DNA from: a virus
Lineage: Duplodnaviria; Caudoviricetes
Strand: one strand, 5' to 3'
DNA: 28,607 nucleotides
Virus record (IMG/VR): IMGVR_UViG_3300035561_000119
Coordinates: 1 to 28,607 of that record
Below are positions 7,431 to 15,878 of the stretch, piece by piece. Each line of letters begins with the position of its first letter. The stretch's first letter is position 1. The position numbers and the translations under genes are program-made. The notes below the pieces were generated by a model, which did no database searches, was not told where the DNA came from, and saw only the letters and a program-made list of their open reading frames with translations.

Positions 7431-8357
7431 ATGGCTAGTACAACTACAGCATTAAGTCAGTTGATGCAGACGTACTATGATCGTTTATTCATAGATACGG
7501 CGAAGCACTGGCTTATTCACGAAGAGGGTGCTCAAAAACGCCCACTTCCGCAGGGAGAAGGTAAAACTGTATACTTTCAGCGTTACACTCCGTTGGCTAT
7601 TGTAACGGCTCAACTAACTGAAGCCACAAACCCAACGTGTGTAAATTTGTCGGCAACCAATGTCTCGGTGGTGGTTTCGGAATTTGGTTCTTATTCCAAG
7701 ATTTCAAAACTTTTATCCTTGACTGCTGTTGACCGAAAGATGAAAGGAGCAGTTGAAGTCCACGCTCAAAATGCTGGTGAGTCTCGTGACCAAATGGTGC
7801 GTGAAAAAGCATTGGTTGGTGCAACTGCACAATTAGCTGGTGGCTCTGCCGCCCTAACTGATGTAGGGACAACCGATACTTTATCATCTGCAGAGATTAG
7901 AAAAGCGGTGCGTACACTCAAAGCCAACAAAGCAATGAGATACAACGATGGGTATTTCTTAGGAAAAGTCTCACCGTATGTTTCTTATGATCTTATGGGT
8001 GATACCACTTGGGTCAATGCTCACACTTATAAAGATGGTAGTAATCTGTACAAGGGTGAATTAGGACGGTTGCACGGCGTTCGTTTCTTAGAAACGACCA
8101 ACTGGAAAGAGACGGTAAATGGAGGCACTTCAAGTGCTGATATTATCCACTCTTTTATTCATGGTAAAAATGCTATTGGTGTAACTGACCTTGATGGTGA
8201 TGAGAAAAAGATTTATGTGAAAACACCGAATGCTAACGATACAAGCAACCCGTTAGACAGATATTATACTGTCGGTTGGGCAATGACTTTTGCGCCTGTT
8301 AAACTCGTATCCACTTGGATTATCGAGATTAAATCTGGTGCAACTGACCAAAGCTAA
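7431..8357 (+). CDS. major capsid protein, N4-gp56-like family
   Basis: PLPQGEGKTVYFQRY, GELGRLHGVRFLET, NPLDRYYTVGW motifs; GGAG SD upstream. Confidence 0.92.
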   Translation: MASTTTALSQLMQTYYDRLFIDTAKHWLIHEEGAQKRPLPQGEGKTVYFQRYTPLAIVTAQLTEATNPTCVNLSATNVSVVVSEFGSYSKISKLLSLTAVDRKMKGAVEVHAQNAGESRDQMVREKALVGATAQLAGGSAALTDVGTTDTLSSAEIRKAVRTLKANKAMRYNDGYFLGKVSPYVSYDLMGDTTWVNAHTYKDGSNLYKGELGRLHGVRFLETTNWKETVNGGTSSADIIHSFIHGKNAIGVTDLDGDEKKIYVKTPNANDTSNPLDRYYTVGWAMTFAPVKLVSTWIIEIKSGATDQS

Positions 8358-8373
8358 AGCGTGATGTAAGTTA

Positions 8374-8401
8374 TGGGGGGGTGGGGCAACCCGCCCTCCC
8401 A
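8374..8401 (+). other. 12-bp GC-rich hairpin with GCAA tetraloop after MCP, no U-tract
   Basis: TGGGGGGGTGGG-GCAA-CCCGCCCTCCCA. Confidence 0.7.
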
Positions 8402-8412
8402 CAAAGAAAAAT

Positions 8413-8658
8413 ATGATATACATTGTTAAATCAAGTAAAAATACAAGAAAACACGACCTTGATTATTATGAGGAATTTAGAGCTAAGTTGGGTAATCGTA
8501 AAAAAACAACCACCAAACTTAACGAAATTTATCATCAAACCCTAAATGAAGACTTGGAAAGATTGCGTTATGCTCTTATTGACGCCCATAGACGCCACGA
8601 TTTGGTGGCTGTTGAGAGAATAGAAAACAAAATTAGACAATTAACGAAGGGACGATGA
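8413..8658 (+). CDS. hypothetical helical protein
   Basis: ORF between MCP and first GT, ATGA-coupled. Confidence 0.7.
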   Translation: MIYIVKSSKNTRKHDLDYYEEFRAKLGNRKKTTTKLNEIYHQTLNEDLERLRYALIDAHRRHDLVAVERIENKIRQLTKGR

Positions 8659-9737
8659 AAATATTAGCAATAAGCACTTGGTACAAGAAAATAAACGGAA
8701 AATATTCACAATCTTCTGTTGATTGGTGGCGCATTGTCAACCCCCTAACTCAACTAAAAAAACGCACTAATATTACGGTTGATTTTGTAAGAAAATTTTC
8801 TAGTGGGGATATTGCTGAAGAAGAACTTGAATGGGAAAAGATTGGTAAAAATTATGACATTATTTATACTTCATACATTTATTCAAAGAAGTTTTACGCT
8901 TGGATTAAGGCTTTACAGGATCGCTATGGGACTACTCATATTATGGATATGGACGACAATATATTTGAGGTTGACGAGATGAACCCATCTTACTTGACTA
9001 TTGCTCCAGGTTTGCCAGCATACCAAACCGTAATAACTATTTTAAAAGATGCTGATTATGTAACTACTTCTACTGAATTTTTAGCTAATAAAATCGGGGA
9101 GATTAGGCAAAAACCAGTCTTTCTTGCTCCAAACAGAATTGATAGTGAATTATATAAATATGAGCCAAAACCGTTTAATAATGGGAATAAACTAATTATT
9201 GGTTATCAGGGGAGTTCAACTCATCAGTCTGATATTTACAAAACTGGTTTTATTTGGGCTATGAGGCGAATTATGAAAAAATACCAAAATGTTTATTTTG
9301 CTCTCTGTGGTGGCACCCTTGACCTCCCAACTAAATATTTACCTAAAGACAGAATTATTACAATAGAAGGCAGTGCAGATTTTTATAAGTGGATAAAGAT
9401 ATGGAAAAAGTTACCTTTTGACATTGGTGTAGCTCCACTCCTCCACTCTAGTTTTAATAGAGGGAAAAGCGGGATTAAATATTTTGAGTATGCTCTGCGG
9501 TATATTCCAGGCGTCTATTCTTTCTGGCAACCCTATTGGCCAGTTGTAAAAGAAAATTACACAGGTTTTTTTGCTCAAGACGAAGATGAGTGGACAGAAA
9601 AACTAAGCTGGCTTATTGAGCGAAAACAACTTAGGGATAGGATTGCAAAAAATGCTTATAAAGATGTTATTAATAATTACACCATACAAAAGGATTATTC
9701 AATATGGGAAAAAATCGTAAGGACAGTTCGACCCTAG
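8655..9737 (+). CDS. GT-B (GT4-like) glycosyltransferase
   Basis: WWRIVNP, DMDDNIF, IGYQGSSTH, DIGVAPL..FNRGKSGIKYFEY. Confidence 0.88.
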   Translation: MKILAISTWYKKINGKYSQSSVDWWRIVNPLTQLKKRTNITVDFVRKFSSGDIAEEELEWEKIGKNYDIIYTSYIYSKKFYAWIKALQDRYGTTHIMDMDDNIFEVDEMNPSYLTIAPGLPAYQTVITILKDADYVTTSTEFLANKIGEIRQKPVFLAPNRIDSELYKYEPKPFNNGNKLIIGYQGSSTHQSDIYKTGFIWAMRRIMKKYQNVYFALCGGTLDLPTKYLPKDRIITIEGSADFYKWIKIWKKLPFDIGVAPLLHSSFNRGKSGIKYFEYALRYIPGVYSFWQPYWPVVKENYTGFFAQDEDEWTEKLSWLIERKQLRDRIAKNAYKDVINNYTIQKDYSIWEKIVRTVRP

Positions 9738-10840
9738 TCGTTCTTTTAGATGCTTTTAGGAGTGAGTATTTAAACCCTAAAGATACTCCTTTTTTGTGGA
9801 AATTAAAAGATGAGGGGATTTGGATTAAGCAGATATTTAATAATGGCGGTTATTGTGAACGCACCTGTTCAATGTGTGGGGCTCTCCCAGAGGTTTCAGA
9901 CAATTTCTTTGCAATGGCTCTGATACCAGATGAGTATAGGCGTGCCTATTATGAGCCATTATTTAATGTTCCTTATGAAATACGCTCCCGTCTGACAATG
10001 ACCGAGGATAAAAGCGTTGATTTTGAAAAGGGCTCTTTTGGAGTTGAAAGCTATTGGGATATTATGCGGGAAGAGGGAAAAACCTTTCAGTTTGAGGCTT
10101 GTTTTGCGTTAGGTATCCGTTCATATAAAGGCAGGACAACACACGGCTCACGCCCTTTATTTATTTTAGATGGTTTTAAGAAGCATTTAGATTATTATTA
10201 TTTACAGTTATCCGAAGTTGACCAGTATGCGCATCTTTTAGGGTGTGAAAGCGAATCATTTAGGGGAATTTTACGCTGGGCTGATGGAACAGTTGAGTGG
10301 TTATGGGAGGCATTTAAGAAGGAGTTTAAGCACCCAAAGATTTTCGTAGGGGGGGATCACGGAATGGCAACTGTTAAATATAAAATAGATATATCAATTG
10401 AGGATATTCTACACCGATTCCGGCTTGGGTATGACTATTTATATCTTAAATCCAGTGCGGCTATCCAATTTTGGAGTTGGAATGAGGCAGTTGATAAGGT
10501 GTTAAAAAACAACCCGTTACTTAAAAAATATGGGAAATTTATTAAAAGCCCCACTCCTAGACAAGCGAGCTTTATCTGGTTAGTTAAACCCTATTATCTC
10601 ATCTCTCCGTGCCATTTCCACGGGGTTAATGAAGAGGTAAGAGCAATGCACGGTTGGTGTCTCGATGGCAAAGATGTTATTAAGGAAATGTATGGAGGCG
10701 GACTGATAGTTGATGGAAAACATAAGGGAACTATAGAAAGAGCCGAACTTATTGATTGGGCTCCGACTATATGTGATTTGGTTGGATTATCCCATTATCC
10801 AAAACAAAATAGTGGTAAATCAATCTTAAAAATGTTATAA
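9704..10840 (+). CDS. alkaline phosphatase superfamily / nucleotide pyrophosphatase-phosphodiesterase-like protein
   Basis: LLDAFRSEY, EVDQYAH, GDHGM, MHGW, DWAPTICDL metal-ligand motifs. Confidence 0.85.
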   Translation: MGKNRKDSSTLVVLLDAFRSEYLNPKDTPFLWKLKDEGIWIKQIFNNGGYCERTCSMCGALPEVSDNFFAMALIPDEYRRAYYEPLFNVPYEIRSRLTMTEDKSVDFEKGSFGVESYWDIMREEGKTFQFEACFALGIRSYKGRTTHGSRPLFILDGFKKHLDYYYLQLSEVDQYAHLLGCESESFRGILRWADGTVEWLWEAFKKEFKHPKIFVGGDHGMATVKYKIDISIEDILHRFRLGYDYLYLKSSAAIQFWSWNEAVDKVLKNNPLLKKYGKFIKSPTPRQASFIWLVKPYYLISPCHFHGVNEEVRAMHGWCLDGKDVIKEMYGGGLIVDGKHKGTIERAELIDWAPTICDLVGLSHYPKQNSGKSILKML

Positions 10841-10854
10841 ATTTATTGGCAAAA

Positions 10855-11664
10855 ATGGACAATTATACAGTAATTCCAGAAGGGAACAAGGTAGTTAAAC
10901 AGGATATTGACGAAATCAAAAAGGTATTGAGTAAAACTAACCTAACCGCTATTTTATTTGGTAGTTATGGTCGTGGGGAAGGAGCGTTTATTGACGGTAA
11001 ACCACGAAACGATTATGACCTCTTTTTAAACTCTTCTTGGCACGAAATCGAGCTAGACTTGAAGAAATTACAATTAACGACATTACTAGAGGTTCACCAA
11101 CAGGAAATAACAAACCCCAACAATGTTCAATGCACCCAGCAATGGTATGAAATTAAATATGGGTCTAAACTAATAAATGGCAAGCCACTAAACTTACCCC
11201 AATGGCAACCTTATGAAATTCCATACAGTGATGCGGTTAATTCACTTAATCGACGTGCCACTTCTATGATTGTGGGGAAATATGAGATGATGAAAGATAA
11301 TCCCGACTATCGAAAGGTTGCTGAACAAATCGTAAAAGGGATTATTGCTCTAGGAGACGCACAGTTAATTAAAAGAGGGGAGTTTCACCATCTTTACACA
11401 GTGCGTTCACTGATGCTTATCCCTGACGAAATAGGGAGGCTTTATCAAACGGCGGTGTCAATTAAACTTTTAAACCAACCGCAATTAAACCCTGATGAGT
11501 TATGGCAGTTATGGGAAGAAACCAGAGCTAGATATAGGCAGTATGTTATTGATAACCAACTAAAATTACCAAACGGGGAACTTTTAATTGCCATCAATGA
11601 GAGACACGATAAAAAAACAATTAAAAAGGTGTTAATTGAGTTGGGAGCAGAAAAATGGCTGTAG
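10855..11664 (+). CDS. Pol-beta superfamily nucleotidyltransferase with helical C-terminal domain
   Basis: ILFGSYGRGEG...NDYDL signature (hG[GS]..DxD). Confidence 0.82.
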   Translation: MDNYTVIPEGNKVVKQDIDEIKKVLSKTNLTAILFGSYGRGEGAFIDGKPRNDYDLFLNSSWHEIELDLKKLQLTTLLEVHQQEITNPNNVQCTQQWYEIKYGSKLINGKPLNLPQWQPYEIPYSDAVNSLNRRATSMIVGKYEMMKDNPDYRKVAEQIVKGIIALGDAQLIKRGEFHHLYTVRSLMLIPDEIGRLYQTAVSIKLLNQPQLNPDELWQLWEETRARYRQYVIDNQLKLPNGELLIAINERHDKKTIKKVLIELGAEKWL

Positions 11665-12311
11665 AACTTTTTGACGTTGCAACAATAGAAAGAGATAAAA
11701 AACTTATTCAAAAGTTTTCAAAAATAGCGGAGGTTTGGAAAGCAACTTTTGAGGGGCACTATGTTTTTGACTACCCTTTTATTGCCAGAAACTATAGGCG
11801 TGGGCTTGTAGTAGATTTGGGATGTGGAATAGGCGCTTTGCCTTTTTATTTGGCAGAAGAAGGGAATACTGTTTTGGCAATAGACAAACACGATGTTAGC
11901 TGGCGGATGGAGACACACAATAATATTCGTTTTATGCACGCTAATTTAGGGCGGGAAACTTTAAGAATGGGTGGGCGGCCACTGATTGAACCCGACTGTA
12001 TAGTAGCGGCTTCAAGCCTTGACCACAATCCTAAAGAAAAAGTTAAGGAAATTTTCGAGGAAGCAATGTATATTCTTAAGAAGGGGGGGTTATTTGTGGC
12101 CACTCTCGAAGCATATCCTGATGGAGGGTATGTTCAAAAACAGGATGTTTATAGGCTGACTGCGCAAGACATCTACGACATTTTTGGAGAAAAGGCAGAC
12201 TTTAGCCGTTTTAATGAGCTTTATAGAAAATTTCACGAATATCGTACTAAGGCTGGCCGGCCTTTTTACCACTACCAGTTTTTACCTTTTGGGGTAGTTA
12301 TAAAAAAATGA
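11655..12311 (+). CDS. class I SAM-dependent methyltransferase
   Basis: VVDLGCGIG motif I, SSLDH, ILKKGGLFV. Confidence 0.88.
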   Translation: MAVELFDVATIERDKKLIQKFSKIAEVWKATFEGHYVFDYPFIARNYRRGLVVDLGCGIGALPFYLAEEGNTVLAIDKHDVSWRMETHNNIRFMHANLGRETLRMGGRPLIEPDCIVAASSLDHNPKEKVKEIFEEAMYILKKGGLFVATLEAYPDGGYVQKQDVYRLTAQDIYDIFGEKADFSRFNELYRKFHEYRTKAGRPFYHYQFLPFGVVIKK

Positions 12312-13078
12312 GAGTTAATATAGCCGTTGCTCCAGACTGGGTTTTGGCAAAGTATGCTAAAGTTTTAGAAGATAAACTAGATTATGTTAGGGTAACTAAT
12401 GATATTGACTACGAAGCAGATATTAATTATTACCTCTCCTACGCCCTTTTTAACTATAAACACAGGCGTGATATTTGCTTTTTCACTCATTTTGAGCCTA
12501 ATGATAATCTCTTGATCCAAAAATGGCAGTATGCGGCCAAACATACGGATGTAGCTGTAACCATGAACGAACTTAATATGGGGTTATTACAAAAGGCGGG
12601 GGTAAAAGATATACGATTGATAGTTCCTGGAGTAGATACATCATTTTTTAAGCCAGAGTATGTGATTGGGATTGTTGGTCGATTTTACGAAAATGGCCGG
12701 AAGGGAGAAGAAGCTCTTCCAATAGTACTTAGAAAACTAGAGGGTGTACAATTTTTAATCAGTAATGGTGGCGTTAATGATATGCGAGAGTTTTACCGGA
12801 AAATAGACTTGTTGCTTATTTTAAGCCATTATGAGGGTGGGCCTATAACTGCACTAGAGGCAATGGCAATGAATGTTCCTGTCCTTGCTAGTAGAGTTGG
12901 TTTTATGGAAAACTTAAAACAGTTTTCTTATGACAAGATTGACGAGGCGGTGGAGTTAATTAAGCGCCTGCGGGCTGAAAAACTCCAAAAGTGGGGTTTT
13001 ATTGATAAAAACTTTAATATAAAAAGTTGGGTGGAAAAACACCACCGCCTATTTACGGAAGGAGGTGAAATTAGATGA
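12308..13078 (+). CDS. GT4-family glycosyltransferase
   Basis: PGVDTSFF, DLLLILSHYEGGPITALEAMAMNVPVLASRVG (Ex7E). Confidence 0.9.
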   Translation: MRVNIAVAPDWVLAKYAKVLEDKLDYVRVTNDIDYEADINYYLSYALFNYKHRRDICFFTHFEPNDNLLIQKWQYAAKHTDVAVTMNELNMGLLQKAGVKDIRLIVPGVDTSFFKPEYVIGIVGRFYENGRKGEEALPIVLRKLEGVQFLISNGGVNDMREFYRKIDLLLILSHYEGGPITALEAMAMNVPVLASRVGFMENLKQFSYDKIDEAVELIKRLRAEKLQKWGFIDKNFNIKSWVEKHHRLFTEGGEIR

Positions 13079-13374
13079 GATTACCAAGAATGATTAAAAA
13101 TCTAGTGTTAATTAAAGTTCCTAAAGAAACCACTATTCACGGGATTGCAATGCCAAAAGATTATGTGGAAATGAATATTGCAAATGCCGGAGTGGTGGCG
13201 GGAGTTGGCCCAGAATGTGTATATGTCAACGAAGATGATTTCGTTTTTTATAAAAGTACGGTTGGGCATAAAATTGAAGACGACACTCTTCCTAAAAATT
13301 ATCACTTTATAGTGGTAGCAGAAGGCGACATAATTGGTTATTATAAAAAAGAAGACGCTCAAAACGTAAACTAA
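13075..13374 (+). CDS. groES: GroES-like co-chaperonin
   Basis: NLVLIK..ETTIHGIAMP mobile loop, GVVAGVGP, EGDIIG; GGAGGTG SD. Confidence 0.85.
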   Translation: MRLPRMIKNLVLIKVPKETTIHGIAMPKDYVEMNIANAGVVAGVGPECVYVNEDDFVFYKSTVGHKIEDDTLPKNYHFIVVAEGDIIGYYKKEDAQNVN

Positions 13375-13375
13375 A

Positions 13376-14065
13376 ATGATAAGTATAGTTACTTCAACCT
13401 ATAACCGAAGTCATTTAATTGGCAAAGCCATTGAATCTGTTTTAAACCAAACATATAAAGATTGGCAGTATTGGATAACAGATGACGGTTCAACTGACAA
13501 AACTAAGAAGGTGGTTAAAAAGTATTTAACCGACCCTAGAATACATTATATTAACGAAGGACATTCAAAATACTATACCGTTAATAGAAATAGGGGAGTA
13601 AAAAGGGCTACGGGAGAGCTTTTATGTGTTTTAGACGATGATAACTGGTGGGAACCAACTTTTTTAGAGGAGCATGAGCGAGTTCATCAACAAAAAGATG
13701 TTGCTATTACTTATTCTGGACGGATAGTCCATTTTATGGATAAGGGAATAAGTGAGAAAGTCCCTTTAGTTAAATATATTGGGATTACTGACCCACTTAA
13801 TGGTGTTTTAGATATTGGTGACTTAATGTTTAAGACAAAGCTGGTTAAAGAAGTCGGGATGTTTAGTGAAGAACTTGATTTAATTGGCTATTGCTCGGAT
13901 TTACGCCTTGTTGATGCTATTTTAGAAGCTCACCCCGAGATGAAAATAGTGCTTATCCCAAAATATTTACATAATTACAGAGCACATAGCGCAAGTATGA
14001 CACAACGCAAGCTTAATGATAGGGCTAAAGGGGTTTTTCGTGAAGAAAAACAATGGAAATTATGA
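13376..14065 (+). CDS. GT2-family glycosyltransferase
   Basis: ISIVTSTYNR, SVLNQTY, DDGSTD, LDDDN. Confidence 0.92.
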   Translation: MISIVTSTYNRSHLIGKAIESVLNQTYKDWQYWITDDGSTDKTKKVVKKYLTDPRIHYINEGHSKYYTVNRNRGVKRATGELLCVLDDDNWWEPTFLEEHERVHQQKDVAITYSGRIVHFMDKGISEKVPLVKYIGITDPLNGVLDIGDLMFKTKLVKEVGMFSEELDLIGYCSDLRLVDAILEAHPEMKIVLIPKYLHNYRAHSASMTQRKLNDRAKGVFREEKQWKL

Positions 14066-14066
14066 C

Positions 14067-14095
14067 TTGACAAGCATTATTTTAGTTGATATTAT
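14067..14095 (+). promoter_or_regulatory. sigma70 promoter with extended -10
   Basis: TTGACA 14067-14072, 17 nt, TG-n-TATTAT 14090-14095. Confidence 0.8.
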
Positions 14096-14103
14096 TAATA
14101 TAA

Positions 14104-14186
14104 GCGTGATCTACGAGCTTTAGCATCGTAGTTGCCGTTCATATTTTAGAGTGTTTTTATACTCTGAAGTTTGGGCGGCTTTTTTT
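14104..14186 (+). terminator. attenuator B: upstream hairpin plus intrinsic terminator
   Basis: CTACGA/TCGTAG hairpin (14111-14131); terminator GCCGTTCA/TGGGCGGC with 12-bp inner stem (14134-14179) and T7. Confidence 0.75.
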
Positions 14187-14213
14187 GTGCCCAAAAAGTT
14201 TAATTAAAATGTT

Positions 14214-14417
14214 ATGCCGGTAAAATCAAAAGCACAAGCAGGGTTTATGGGAAGGATAGCCTCTGGCAAAATTAAAAAGAAGGGGCTTAGTAAAGAACAG
14301 GCAAAAGAGTATTTGAGAGGAGTTAAAGTTAAAAAACTACCAAAGAGGGTAGTAACAAAGAAAAGACACATAACTAAACGCACGATGCGAAAACTAGAAA
14401 AGCATATAGTTGGCTAA
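14214..14417 (+). CDS. small basic phage protein (MPxKSKAQ type)
   Basis: MPVKSKAQAGFM N-terminus, Lys-rich. Confidence 0.7.
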   Translation: MPVKSKAQAGFMGRIASGKIKKKGLSKEQAKEYLRGVKVKKLPKRVVTKKRHITKRTMRKLEKHIVG

Positions 14418-14439
14418 TTAAAAAGTTAATTGTTTTCAA

Positions 14440-14628
14440 ATGGAAAAAAAAGAAGCTGTTGTAAAAACAGAAAAGCAACTTAGTGACAAAGAAAGGGCAC
14501 TGTTGATTTTAAAAGGAATGATTGCTCATTTTCGGCACTTGGAGAAAGCCCTTATGCTTGATGAGACTAAAATTGCTAAGAAAGTGGGTGCACTCCGTTT
14601 TGTGTCAGGTTTAATAGAGAAAATGTAA
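14440..14628 (+). CDS. hypothetical protein
   Basis: 62-aa ORF filling the operon. Confidence 0.6.
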   Translation: MEKKEAVVKTEKQLSDKERALLILKGMIAHFRHLEKALMLDETKIAKKVGALRFVSGLIEKM

Positions 14629-14677
14629 GAAAAAGAACGGTAATAAATTTTTAATTATTAGTTTAATTTAATTTAAT

Positions 14678-15865
14678 ATGCACATAGGTTCATGGGGAAC
14701 ACCCGAATTAGGTATTACTGAAAAAGTTGCTGACCTTTTTGGACTATCCAGAAATGTGTCTGGTGGCTCTCAATTAAAGGGGGCATATACACCAACTACT
14801 TTAGCGTATAAAACCCCAAATATGAGTTTTACACCAAGTAATGAGGGGGGGAAATATACTTATACACCTACAACACCTCCGGGTGGAGGCGGTGGAGGCG
14901 GTGGAGGCGGAGGAAGTGGAAGCACTCCTTCTGCTCCTGTTAATGACCCTAACGCTCCTCAATATGGTTGGGGAAGGGAATTTCCTAATATGGATGCTTA
15001 TAATCGCTTCCGTGATGAACAAACAGCGGCAATTGGTGGAGCTTGGGATGCTTATATCAATTCACTTAACGAAAAAATGGCTGGGCTTCCTACTCAAAGG
15101 AAAAACCTTGAGGATATTGTGAGAAATCAATATCAATCAGGAGTGAATGAGCTAACAGGGCAACGAAATCTAGGGTTACAAGACATTGGGAGAGCTCGTG
15201 AAAAAGTAGTTACAGAGCAGAAAAAAACATTGAACGACCTTGCAGAAGATTTACGAAATAGCTTTTTAGCTGGTAATATTTATTTAGGTTCTCGTGGAGC
15301 TGGAGACTCAAGCGCCGCTAACCAATATTCCTATGCTTTACAAAAAATGAGCAATCAAAATAGGGGTGATGTTTTAGCGCAAAGTCGTGAACTAAATGCC
15401 GATATTAATGCTCGAGAAGCACGGCTAAATGAAATTACCAACCAAGAGATGAATAAGCTAGCTTCCGAAAGAGATGCAAATATTCTTAATGTAGCCCAAT
15501 GGTTTGAAAATGCTCAAAATTCTGTTAAAGATGCTCAAGCACAGGGAAGATTGCAAAAAGGGCTTGACCTTGCTTCATTATCAAGAGACCTTCTAAATCA
15601 AGCTACAGCTCGTTTGCAAGAAATTGAAGATAGATATATGAATCAAAGAGACGCTTTGTTTTCTTGGGCAACTAGTCAAGCAACTAATATTAACCAACTA
15701 AAACAGAACCTAGCGCAAATATCAAATATTCAGGTGCCTAGTTATGCTAGTATGGGTAGTCTTGGTGCAACAACCCCAACTATAGACGCACAAGGAAATA
15801 TCGTAGCAAGTGGTTACGGTTATGCCAGCTCTGATGAAGAAAAAAGGCGCTTAGGACTAATATAA
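14678..15865 (+). CDS. putative ejection/internal virion protein (coiled coil)
   Basis: Gln/Ala/Asn-rich helical repeats, SRGAGDSS motif, poly-Gly linker, position. Confidence 0.6.
   Translation: MHIGSWGTPELGITEKVADLFGLSRNVSGGSQLKGAYTPTTLAYKTPNMSFTPSNEGGKYTYTPTTPPGGGGGGGGGGGSGSTPSAPVNDPNAPQYGWGREFPNMDAYNRFRDEQTAAIGGAWDAYINSLNEKMAGLPTQRKNLEDIVRNQYQSGVNELTGQRNLGLQDIGRAREKVVTEQKKTLNDLAEDLRNSFLAGNIYLGSRGAGDSSAANQYSYALQKMSNQNRGDVLAQSRELNADINAREARLNEITNQEMNKLASERDANILNVAQWFENAQNSVKDAQAQGRLQKGLDLASLSRDLLNQATARLQEIEDRYMNQRDALFSWATSQATNINQLKQNLAQISNIQVPSYASMGSLGATTPTIDAQGNIVASGYGYASSDEEKRRLGLI
14882..14914 (+). repeat. (GGTGGAGGC)x3 tandem repeat plus GGAGGA encoding Gly11
   Basis: directly visible. 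Confidence 0.9.
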
Positions 15866-15878
15866 GTTGGTTTAATAA

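Noticed and set aside
14882-14914. Poly-Gly repeat as a phase-variation switch
   Set aside because: The 9-nt unit preserves frame; it is most simply a flexible linker.
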